This document shows positions 17,717 to 26,246 of a stretch of DNA of 55,761 nt, piece after piece (position 1 is the stretch's first letter; every line of letters begins with the position of its first letter). The stretch comes from a virus (taxonomy: Duplodnaviria; Caudoviricetes). The stretch lies in the IMG/VR virus record IMGVR_UViG_3300033148_004574, positions 1 through 55,761 of that record; one strand, 5' to 3'. Under the pieces are notes generated by a model. It saw only the letters and a list, made by a program, of their open reading frames with translations, was not told the origin of the DNA and ran no database searches. The position numbers and the translations under genes are program-made.

Positions 17717-18316
17717 GTGCGCATCAAGCTACTCAAGTATCGTCGCTTTCTAGAGAACGGACGTGAGCGGCTGCGCTATCCGGGCGAGATTATCGATGTC
17801 AAGAACAAGGCCCTGATCAGCCAGTTGGTCGATCAAGGTGTCGCGCTGGTGCTAGTCCCCAAGGTTTCCGAGATACCAGAAGATGCGGGGCTGGTGCTCA
17901 CCCGGCCCCGCGAAGTGCCGCCTGGTTTTGCGCGGCATCAGGTCAGTGATCCGTGTGTGCCCTATGCCAAGACCATGATCTGGTACCCGCAGGCCGACGT
18001 GCGGCTGGACCTTGTGTCGGTGGGGCTTCGCCTGTTGGAGAGGTGGGAAATTGCCGTGCCGCTGGTGAGCTACACGGTCCTGGCCAACACGGTCGGAACA
18101 GATGAAGACCGCGAGCGTACTGAGGCGGTGATCCGCGACCTAAGAGTGCCGGTGTACGATCCGCGGTTGGTATTTGTGCGCAAGGGCACAGCCGGAGAGG
18201 AAACGATCATGCGCTGGCAGGCGGACAATGGCAACATGCTGCTAGCTTTCCTCCGGGCACTGTACGCCGTCAAGCCACTGGTCTGCGCGTTGCCGCAGGA
18301 GTGGATCAACGCATGA
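17717..18316 (+). CDS. Small N-domain + degenerate GT-A-like domain
   Basis: C-terminal half aligns by eye with neighbouring GTs (WEIAV...RERT...AFLRALY...LP). Confidence 0.5.
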   Translation: MRIKLLKYRRFLENGRERLRYPGEIIDVKNKALISQLVDQGVALVLVPKVSEIPEDAGLVLTRPREVPPGFARHQVSDPCVPYAKTMIWYPQADVRLDLVSVGLRLLERWEIAVPLVSYTVLANTVGTDEDRERTEAVIRDLRVPVYDPRLVFVRKGTAGEETIMRWQADNGNMLLAFLRALYAVKPLVCALPQEWINA

Positions 18317-18924
18317 GAGGGGTTGTGTACGTGGCCTATGGGGCGCCGGCCCGGCGTGAGGCTGGGTACAGCATTGAGAGCCTGCGCCGATACCATGACT
18401 GGCCGGTGACGGTGATCGGGGAGCGGGTGGCGGAGGCCGCCCACATCCCGGAGCCACGGCAGGACCATGGCGGGCGCTGGGCCAAGGTGCGGTTGGATAC
18501 GCTGTCACCGTATGACGAGACGTTATATCTCGACGCCGATACCCGGGTACACGCCCCGATCGAGCTGGGCTTTGACCTCCTGGCCGATGGCTGGGATATG
18601 GTGCTAACGGCCAGCGAGTGCCAGGGCAGCGATTGGCTGGGGCATGTGGAGGCAGAAGAGCGAGACGCAACGCGCGCCGAGTTGCGCACCGATCTTTTGC
18701 AGCTACAGGCGGGGGTGTTCTGGTTTGCCAAGAACGCGCGCACGGCGGCGCTGTTCGCAGTGTGGCGGGAGGAATGGCAGCGTTGGGGGGCAAATGACCA
18801 GGGGGCATTGTTGCGCGCCATCAACAAGGCACCGATCAAACTGTGGCTGTTGGGCCGGCACTGGAACACGGGGCGGCGGGACCCGATCATCGAGCACCGT
18901 TTCGGCATGGCGAGGGAGAGATGA
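18313..18924 (+). CDS. GT-A fold glycosyltransferase (GT8/nucleotide-diphosphosugar transferase-like)
   Basis: GVVYVAYG; SPYDETLYLDADT (DxD); DQGALLRA; WNT. Confidence 0.8.
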   Translation: MRGVVYVAYGAPARREAGYSIESLRRYHDWPVTVIGERVAEAAHIPEPRQDHGGRWAKVRLDTLSPYDETLYLDADTRVHAPIELGFDLLADGWDMVLTASECQGSDWLGHVEAEERDATRAELRTDLLQLQAGVFWFAKNARTAALFAVWREEWQRWGANDQGALLRAINKAPIKLWLLGRHWNTGRRDPIIEHRFGMARER

Positions 18925-20531
18925 CGGTACACATCGTTGTCCCGCAACCCGAAAGCGACTGGGTCTGTGCGCGGCTAGCGCGGTATCTCGCCGTGGGCAA
19001 TGAGTGGAGCATCAGTGAGAAACCGCGGGCTGACGCGGAATGGAATGTGTTTATCCCCTATCTGATGTGGGAGCGCTCGTGTTGGGACAAGACCAAGACC
19101 GCGGCGTGGTTCACACACAAAGAGACTGGAACTAAGGGCCAAATATGGGACAGGACAGCGCCGCGCGTGGACCTGCGCGGATCGCAAGCGGCCATGTACG
19201 TAACCGAGCTGGCGGAGCATGGCCCGACGCGGCAGATCAGGCAACCGGTGGACCTCGACAAGTTCCGGCTACGGCCCAAAGGTGATGGATTCGTCGTTGG
19301 TACGGCAGGCACGGTCTACGACAGTGGGCGCAAGGGCGAGGCGTTGCTGTGTCGGTTGATGGAGGAGAAGCGATACACGCTACGCTGTGCCGGTCGCGGC
19401 TGGCCAGGGGCGCGCTGGTATCACTGGGGGGAGATGCAGGGATTCTACCAGGGGCTGCACTGCTATGTCTGTACCTCGACGATCGAGGGCGGGCCGTGCG
19501 GCGTGTTCGAGGCGCTGGCCTGCGGCTGCCAGGTGGTGATCCCCTGGGGCGTGGGGCAGATGGACGAGCTGCCTGAGCGGCCGGGCGTCTGGCACTATCG
19601 CGCCGGCGACTATGACGACATGCTGCGCGCGCTGGCTTATGCCGAGTGCTGCCATGTATCGGGAGAGCAACTGCGCGCGCTGGTCGAGAGTCACACGATC
19701 GCGCAATGGTGCCAGGACTGGGCAGATTTTCTGGACGATGCGCGGCCTGAGCCAGAGACAGAGAGCGCGTCAGGGACAGGGCAAGCCGGCGTGTACATCG
19801 TCGCCTTTGGCAAGCCATCGCGGGATTGCGCGCAGCGGTGCATTCGCTCGGTTCATCGCCACATGCCAGGGGTACCGGTGGCGCTGGTTTCCGATAGGCC
19901 GCTGGGTACAGAGGATGTGTTCATTGAGCACGCAGACGGTCCTGGAGTGGAAGGCGCAGACATTGGCGGGCGCTCGGTCAAGACGCGCATCTATGACCTG
20001 GCACCAGGGGAATGGGAGTATGTGCTGTATCTCGACGCCGATACAGAGTTGACCGCACCGGTGCCGTTCCTGTTTGACCTACTGCGTGACGGTTGGGACA
20101 TGGCCATCTGTGAGAATCCGGGCAAGTATCACATCGCCACAAACATGATCCGGCCTGACAATCAGCCTGAAATGGAGACGACTGAGGCCGAGATCGGCAC
20201 GCTGGAGTTGCTGCAATTGCAGGGTGGCGTGTTTTCTTTCCGGCGCAACGAACGCACGGCGACACTTTTCCATGCCTGGCACGACGAATGGCAGCGATGG
20301 GGCAAACGAGACCAAGGGGCACTACTGAGAGCCATGTACAAACACCCGGTCAAGCTCTACCTCCTGGGCATCGAGTGGAACACCAGCAATCGCTACCCGG
20401 CGCCCAACGGCACCGCGGGGATCATGCACTACCAGATGGAGGCGCGGCGACACTCGGGACTGGTGTGGGGCCGCAACGATTCGGACGAGGCATGGCGGGC
20501 CGTCGAGCACTGGGGGCGCGATCATGGCTAG
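18921..20531 (+). CDS. Bifunctional GT4 (GT-B) + GT-A glycosyltransferase
   Basis: RKGE; STIEGGPCGVFEALACG (EX7E); second domain YLDADT...DQGALLRA. Confidence 0.82.
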   Translation: MTVHIVVPQPESDWVCARLARYLAVGNEWSISEKPRADAEWNVFIPYLMWERSCWDKTKTAAWFTHKETGTKGQIWDRTAPRVDLRGSQAAMYVTELAEHGPTRQIRQPVDLDKFRLRPKGDGFVVGTAGTVYDSGRKGEALLCRLMEEKRYTLRCAGRGWPGARWYHWGEMQGFYQGLHCYVCTSTIEGGPCGVFEALACGCQVVIPWGVGQMDELPERPGVWHYRAGDYDDMLRALAYAECCHVSGEQLRALVESHTIAQWCQDWADFLDDARPEPETESASGTGQAGVYIVAFGKPSRDCAQRCIRSVHRHMPGVPVALVSDRPLGTEDVFIEHADGPGVEGADIGGRSVKTRIYDLAPGEWEYVLYLDADTELTAPVPFLFDLLRDGWDMAICENPGKYHIATNMIRPDNQPEMETTEAEIGTLELLQLQGGVFSFRRNERTATLFHAWHDEWQRWGKRDQGALLRAMYKHPVKLYLLGIEWNTSNRYPAPNGTAGIMHYQMEARRHSGLVWGRNDSDEAWRAVEHWGRDHG

Positions 20532-21183
20532 TGTCTGGGTCTGCGTAACGACGCGTAACGAGGTCGAGACGATCGGCGAGCTGGTGCGCTGTGTGGCGCC
20601 GCTGCCGATCATCGTCTCGGACGCGGCCAGCACAGACGGCACGCCAGAGGTGGCGCGCAAGGCCGGGGCGCATGTCATCGAGCACGAGAAGCGCATCGGC
20701 ATCGGGCCGGCGCTGATAGAAGCCTGGCAGTACGCCCTCGATCACGGTGCGGAGCGGATTGCGCAGCTCGATGCCGGCGGCTCACATGACCCCAATGCGC
20801 TGCCCTGGTTGCTGGCCGAGAGCGCGGACGTAGTCATTGGCTCGCGGTTCTGCGAGGGCGGGCAGAGCCACGGGCGCGGCTGGCGGGCGTGGTGTTCGCG
20901 GCTGGCGGCCATGGCCTGCAACCTGGCACAAGCGGGGCCTTGGGTCCACGACTGGACCAGTGGCTATCGGGTGTTCACAGCGGACGCGGCGCGGCGGCTG
21001 CTGAGGTACGGATACACGGTGCAGATGCACGGCTGGCAGATCGAGACGTTGGGGCGGGCGCGACAGGAGGGCATGACCATTGCCGAGGTGCCGATCACCT
21101 ACCGGGCCGGGCGCAGTAGCCTGACCTTGGCAGGGGTACGGGAGGCGATGTTGGCGTGGGCGTTGCTGTTCCATCACATGTGA
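20524..21183 (+). CDS. GT2 family glycosyltransferase (DPM1-like)
   Basis: RNEVETI; DAASTDGT; QLDAGGSHDP; DVVIGSRF; DWTSGYR; EVPITY. Confidence 0.88.
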   Translation: MASVWVCVTTRNEVETIGELVRCVAPLPIIVSDAASTDGTPEVARKAGAHVIEHEKRIGIGPALIEAWQYALDHGAERIAQLDAGGSHDPNALPWLLAESADVVIGSRFCEGGQSHGRGWRAWCSRLAAMACNLAQAGPWVHDWTSGYRVFTADAARRLLRYGYTVQMHGWQIETLGRARQEGMTIAEVPITYRAGRSSLTLAGVREAMLAWALLFHHM

Positions 21184-21191
21184 GGGGGATC

Positions 21192-21857
21192 ATGCAGATT
21201 CTCGTTACGGGGAGTGCGGGCAAGATCGGGAGTGTCGTTGTGCCGGCGTTGGAAGGTGCGGGACACGAGGTTGTGACATACGACACAGCCAACGGGCAGG
21301 ATATCCACGATACGGCCAAGCTGGGTGCGGCGATGGTTGGTTGTGACCAGGTGGTGCATCTGGCCGGCATCCCTGGACCAACGCCCGACACGCCATTCGC
21401 GCGCTTTTACTGGTCCAACGTGCAGGGCACCTACAACGTCGCCTGGCTCGCGGTGGCACACGGGGTCAAGCGGCTGACCTACGCCGGCAGCACGGCATTC
21501 TACGGCGTCGAGCCGGGCATTCCGTTCCGCTCACCGGTGAAAGAGGGCGATCCGCCTTTCACCTGCTACGTGCAGGCCGACGAGCTGAACTGTCAGGCCC
21601 AGCACCTGGCCTATGACGTAAGCAAAATCATGGCGGAGCAGATACTCGCCTATTTCGGCCTGAGCAAGCAGATCGAGGTAGCCGTACCACGGTTCGGCCC
21701 CGTCAAGCCGGGGCGGGGCACAACGTTGCCGGCCGTAGCCGAGGCCATCTTGCGCATCGTCGAGCATCCGGGGCCATTCTGGTACGAGATCTACAACATC
21801 GTCGACGAGAACATCAGTTGGGCTGATGGGAGCAAGGGCAGGGAGTTGCTGGGGTGA
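21192..21857 (+). CDS. NAD-dependent epimerase/dehydratase (extended SDR)
   Basis: ILVTGSAGKIG; VVHLAG; NVQGTYN; YDVSK (YxxxK). Confidence 0.88.
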   Translation: MQILVTGSAGKIGSVVVPALEGAGHEVVTYDTANGQDIHDTAKLGAAMVGCDQVVHLAGIPGPTPDTPFARFYWSNVQGTYNVAWLAVAHGVKRLTYAGSTAFYGVEPGIPFRSPVKEGDPPFTCYVQADELNCQAQHLAYDVSKIMAEQILAYFGLSKQIEVAVPRFGPVKPGRGTTLPAVAEAILRIVEHPGPFWYEIYNIVDENISWADGSKGRELLG

Positions 21858-22510
21858 ACATCGCCGTTGCCGTGCTGACCTACAACCGCAAGTCGCTCTT
21901 TGAGCGGACACTGGCAAGCCTGAAGCGCACAAGTGTGCCATACGATCTCGTGCTGGTTGATGGCGGCTCAACGGACGGTACGGCGGAGATGGTCGCCGGC
22001 ATGGGCGGGTACTGCTACACCGAACAGCCCTCGTGGATCGGGGCCACGTTCCATGTGGCGGTCGAGCTGGCGCTAGAGACCAAGCCGGACCTGATCATGT
22101 TCACAGGCGATGACTACGAATACCGGATAGGGTGGCTCGAAGACCTGGCTGCGTTCTGGCGCAAGACGCTGCCGGCGATGGCGTTGGTGAGCTGCCACAT
22201 CGAGCCGGCGTTTCGTTGGAACAAAGTATACGGGATGCTGGAACTGAACAACCGGCGGGCACTGGTGCGGGCGACGTTGGGCGGGGCCAATTGGTCATTT
22301 CGGCCCGAGCTGTGGCCGCTGCTCAAGGAGTTGGTGCCTAAGGGCAGCCACAAATACGACAAGGACGTATGCCGCAAGCTGTATCAGCAACGGTATCTCT
22401 GTTGCGCGATGGACCTGGCAGAGCACATTGGCGAGGGGCATCGGGTCTGGATGGACGGGCCGGAGCCACAGGGCGAGCCGGTAGACCTGGTCTACTGGGG
22501 GTTGGTGTGA
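21854..22510 (+). CDS. GT2 family glycosyltransferase
   Basis: VLTYNR; VDGGSTDGT; FTGDD; EHIG. Confidence 0.82.
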   Translation: MNIAVAVLTYNRKSLFERTLASLKRTSVPYDLVLVDGGSTDGTAEMVAGMGGYCYTEQPSWIGATFHVAVELALETKPDLIMFTGDDYEYRIGWLEDLAAFWRKTLPAMALVSCHIEPAFRWNKVYGMLELNNRRALVRATLGGANWSFRPELWPLLKELVPKGSHKYDKDVCRKLYQQRYLCCAMDLAEHIGEGHRVWMDGPEPQGEPVDLVYWGLV

Positions 22511-22737
22511 TGGACATTCTCAACCTGGGCTGTGGCAACAAGATCATCACGCCGCATGCCTCGCGCATGGTAGTCAACCACGACGTGACCAAACGCCGGG
22601 TGGAGATTGACGTGGCGCACGACCGCAACGACATGCCCTGGCCGTGGGCGGATGAATCGTTCGACCCGATCTGCGCGTGGTCGGTGCTGAACAAGTGCGG
22701 CTCCTCAATTGCTGCCAAGTTGGAGCCGCGCAAGTGA
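22510..22737 (+). pseudogene. Internally deleted class I SAM methyltransferase
   Basis: ILNLGCG...VAHDRNDMPWPWADESFD...SVL then an abrupt end at 75 aa. Confidence 0.6.
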
Positions 22738-23582
22738 ACGTACACATCATCTGCCAGCGGCCAAGGGCTGATCGGGTGTTGCCGCGCATGGCGCGCTATT
22801 TGGCCGACAGTCTGAGTTGGACGGTGAGCGATGCGCCGGACCCGGCGGCGGATGTGCAGTACATGATCAACTACATTGACGGCTGGAGCCGCTATCCCGA
22901 TTGCCCTGGTAAGCTGGCTGGATGGTTCACGCACCGAGAGATGGGTGAGCGGGCACGGATTTGGGACGAAGCGGCGGAAGCCATGACGCTACGAGTGTCA
23001 CAGTGTGAGTTGTACGCCGAGGGCCTGCGTACCTATGGCCCAACCGTCGTGATGGGTTCGCCCGTCGAGCGTGAGCGATTCACCATCACAGATCGGCCCA
23101 CCGGCAAGCCGGTTGTGGGCCTGGGCGGCTTTGCGCGGGGCGACGGCTACCGCAAGGGACGGTTCCTGCTCGACGAGCTGCTGGTGCAAGGCTGGGCAGA
23201 GCGCGTGCGGTTTGCCGCCTCGGGCGAGGGCTGGCCGGTAGAAACGTGCGGCTATCCCTGGGTGCTGATGCCAGAGTTTTACCAGGGCCTCAGCGTGTAC
23301 CTCTGTACCTCGATGGCCGAGGGGGGGCCGATGGGGCCGTTGGAGGCACTGAGCTGCGGCGTACCGGTGGTGATCCCGCACGGCGTGGGGATGTTAGACG
23401 AACTGCGGGACATGGACGGCATCTACCGCTATGAGCGCGGCGACTATGAGACGCTGTGTGAGGCGCTGGAGCGAGCGATAGAGGGTGAGCCGGATCGCGA
23501 GGCGCTGCGGGCGGTCACCGAGCTATACAGCGTCGAGGCGTGGGTCGAGAGACACCGGGAGGCATTCGAGAGATGGTTCTGA
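22734..23582 (+). CDS. GT4 family glycosyltransferase (paralog of the N-half of 18921-20531)
   Basis: RKGR; SMAEGGPMGPLEALSCGVPVVIP. Confidence 0.82.
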   Translation: MNVHIICQRPRADRVLPRMARYLADSLSWTVSDAPDPAADVQYMINYIDGWSRYPDCPGKLAGWFTHREMGERARIWDEAAEAMTLRVSQCELYAEGLRTYGPTVVMGSPVERERFTITDRPTGKPVVGLGGFARGDGYRKGRFLLDELLVQGWAERVRFAASGEGWPVETCGYPWVLMPEFYQGLSVYLCTSMAEGGPMGPLEALSCGVPVVIPHGVGMLDELRDMDGIYRYERGDYETLCEALERAIEGEPDREALRAVTELYSVEAWVERHREAFERWF

Positions 23583-24190
23583 TGCGAGGTACGCAGCAAC
23601 AGATCATGGGGCAGATTGCGGCCAAGTGCCCCAAGGCGTGCGACGTGCTTGACACCATCGGCGGGCTCGGTGGGCAGATGATGCCATACCAGTATGCGGC
23701 GCTATACATGTTGGCCCAGCCATTCGACGGCGGGCGTATTCTGGAGATCGGCTGCTACAAAGGCAAGAGCGCGCTGGTCATGTGCTTGGCTGCGCCACAC
23801 GCGCACATCACGACCATGTCGCCCAGCAGCAGCGAGGCCCACACGACCATGAGAACACTGCGCGAACGGCGGGCACAGGTGCTGGTGACGCGGTCGGTGG
23901 ACTATCTGGCCGCGTATGACGGACCGGCGTTCGACATGATCTATGTTGATGGTGACCACAAGCGTGTTGTCGCGGACCTGCCGTGGTTCAACTGGCTGCG
24001 CGTCGGCGGGCTGATGCTCTTTCACGACTATGCGCCCGAGGGCGCGCGCGTGCCCTGCCCGCCGGTGTATGTCGGGGTCAACCTGTTGGCGCAAGCGTTA
24101 GGCCGGCCGCTTGACGTGCTGATCGTAGACGATGGGCAGGTGGGCATGGCGGGGATGTATCGCGGGGCGGGGGAGACGTGGGAGAGCTGA
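23582..24190 (+). CDS. Class I SAM methyltransferase (Methyltransf_24-like)
   Basis: ILEIGCYKGKSA; FDMIYVDGDH; LRVGGLMLFHDY. Confidence 0.85.
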   Translation: MRGTQQQIMGQIAAKCPKACDVLDTIGGLGGQMMPYQYAALYMLAQPFDGGRILEIGCYKGKSALVMCLAAPHAHITTMSPSSSEAHTTMRTLRERRAQVLVTRSVDYLAAYDGPAFDMIYVDGDHKRVVADLPWFNWLRVGGLMLFHDYAPEGARVPCPPVYVGVNLLAQALGRPLDVLIVDDGQVGMAGMYRGAGETWES

Positions 24191-24299
24191 GAGCACATCC
24201 GGATATTGTCAACAAAATGCCGCTGTCACTGGGCAGAACAGCAGGGACAGCCGGTGTGCCTGATGGAGCTTATACGCGAGTACAACGAGGAGATGCGTG

Positions 24300-24887
24300 A
24301 TGGCCTACATCACGAGCACTGAACTCAAGCGATATCTGGATATCAGCGGGGACGGCGACGACATACTGCTTGGTGAGTGCATCACGCGTGCACAAAAGAG
24401 CATCGAGGTATTGACCGGGCGCTGCTTTGAGGCTAGCACGGCCACGCGCTTCTATGATGCCGAGCCGCCCACGGTGAGCGACGATCTGCTGACACTTTAC
24501 CTTGACGACGACTCGCTGAGTGTGACCAGCATCACCAACGGCGACGATACGGCTGTGGCCAGCACGAGCTATGTGCTGCTGCCGGCGAACGAATCGCCCA
24601 AGTATGCGGTCAAGCTCAAGGCTAGCAAGGGGCTCGTGTGGACCTATAGCGACGACCCGGAGCAGGCCATTAGTGTCACCGGTTCTTGGGGGTACAGCAC
24701 TACAGCCGATGACTACTGCAAGCAAGCGACGTTGCGGCTGGCCGGTTACTTTTACAAGGAGAAGGATGCGCAGAACTACGAGACCGCAGGGCTGATGGAA
24801 GGCGGGGTGATGATTATCCCTCAGGGTTTGCCGCGGTTCGTGCTCGACTTTGTACGGGCGCGCACGCGATACACCTTTGCGGGGTAG
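24300..24887 (+). CDS. Head-tail connector (gp6/gp15-like)
   Basis: YITSTELKRYL; IEVLTGRCF; ISVTGSWGY; QATLRLAGYFY. Confidence 0.8.
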   Translation: MAYITSTELKRYLDISGDGDDILLGECITRAQKSIEVLTGRCFEASTATRFYDAEPPTVSDDLLTLYLDDDSLSVTSITNGDDTAVASTSYVLLPANESPKYAVKLKASKGLVWTYSDDPEQAISVTGSWGYSTTADDYCKQATLRLAGYFYKEKDAQNYETAGLMEGGVMIIPQGLPRFVLDFVRARTRYTFAG

Positions 24888-24893
24888 GCGATC

Positions 24894-25298
24894 ATGCTAG
24901 TAGGGTACAAGGACTTTGCGGATGGCATCGCGGCGCTGAGCATCACAGGCGTGACGCGGAATTATGGCACCGAGCCGCCGGCGTCGCTGAAAACGGCGGA
25001 CCTGCCGGCATCGTTTGTCATTTCGCCGCGAGGCCAGAACGACCCGTTCGCCTTCACGGGTGGGGCAACCACTGCCATGCTCACGGTGCAACTCGTCGTT
25101 TGCATCGAGCCGGTGGGGCAGAATCTAGCTTCGCAGAACGCGGCCGACACGCTCACGCTGATCGACGCGACAGTCACAGCACTGGCCGGCACCAACGTGG
25201 GGATCAGCAAGAGCGAGTTCGAGATACGGCAGGTGATCTATGACGTAGGGGGCGAATCGTATTGGGCGCTGATTGCAAATGTAAGTGCGCGCGGATAG
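24894..25298 (+). CDS. Tail terminator-like protein
   Basis: Position and size between the connector and tail tube genes. Confidence 0.55.
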   Translation: MLVGYKDFADGIAALSITGVTRNYGTEPPASLKTADLPASFVISPRGQNDPFAFTGGATTAMLTVQLVVCIEPVGQNLASQNAADTLTLIDATVTALAGTNVGISKSEFEIRQVIYDVGGESYWALIANVSARG

Positions 25299-25316
25299 TA
25301 CAGGAGTGACACGAAA

Positions 25317-25769
25317 ATGGCACAGACAACAGGGCACATGACCGGCAAAGACCTGACGATTCAGGTCAGTACGGACGATTCGACGTGGACAGACATCGGT
25401 GGCAGTAGCAGCTCGGTTTCCCCAGACGGCGGAGCGCGGGGCACGGGATCAGCACACACCTTTGCCACGGCGTTGCCGCTGATCGGGATCGGACCCAAGG
25501 AGCCTGTGACGCTGACGCTACGGATGGTCTACACCGAGACGGATAGCGAGGCTGTGGATCTGGTCGACGGCTACTTTGACAATGGGACGCTGATCTACCT
25601 TCGCTACCGACCGACCGGCGACGTGGGGTCGGGCGGTTGGCAGTTCCACGGGCACGGCTACTTTACCAAGCCCATCGCGCCGGCAGTTGACGCGGACAGC
25701 AGCGACATCCTGAGTGTCGAGACCGAGTGGTTCGGTGTCGAGCTTGAGAAGGAAGCGCAGACCAGCTAG
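25317..25769 (+). CDS. Major tail tube protein
   Basis: Beta-rich 150 aa protein before the chaperone and tape measure genes; SD AGGAG. Confidence 0.7.
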   Translation: MAQTTGHMTGKDLTIQVSTDDSTWTDIGGSSSSVSPDGGARGTGSAHTFATALPLIGIGPKEPVTLTLRMVYTETDSEAVDLVDGYFDNGTLIYLRYRPTGDVGSGGWQFHGHGYFTKPIAPAVDADSSDILSVETEWFGVELEKEAQTS

Positions 25770-25788
25770 CAGGTAGGGGGAGGGGATA

Positions 25789-26037
25789 ATGACGGACAAG
25801 CAGGCTATAGCGGTTGAGGCGCCCGAAGCCCTGGAGATGAATGTCAACCTGGACATGTTGACCTGGGGCGATCTGGCAGACCTGGAAAGCACGGCATCGG
25901 CAGCGGAGCAAATCGACCTGCTCCAGCCGGCAGTCGACGTGGACCTCCGGCAGTTGCCGGTGACCAAGATTCGCCAGGCCATCGCGGCTATCATCGCGGC
26001 CATCCAGGGGGAAATGAACGAAAAAAACGCGAGCTAG
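25789..26037 (+). CDS. Tail assembly chaperone (gpG)
   Basis: Position; slippery site at the 3' end. Confidence 0.7.
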   Translation: MTDKQAIAVEAPEALEMNVNLDMLTWGDLADLESTASAAEQIDLLQPAVDVDLRQLPVTKIRQAIAAIIAAIQGEMNEKNAS

Positions 26038-26246
26038 CTCTGGCCAAGTGCCTCTGGACAGAGAGCGCAGGGGCACCGCCAGAGCTGATCGAGTTGCGGC
26101 TGTGTCGGGATGTGTACCACTGCTTACCCGACGAGCTGCGGCGGCAGGACGTGCGAACCATCATGGCGCATATGCAATGTGCCAGGGCAGAGGTCAAGTA
26201 CAGGCATGGCAGACAAGATAGTCCGGATCATCGTCACAGCGAGTGA
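26022..26246 (+). other. Programmed -1 frameshift (A AAA AAC) producing the gpGT extension
   Basis: -1 frame is open: KRELALAKCLWTESAGAPPELIELRLCRDVYHCLPDELRRQD... to TGA at 26246. Confidence 0.75.
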
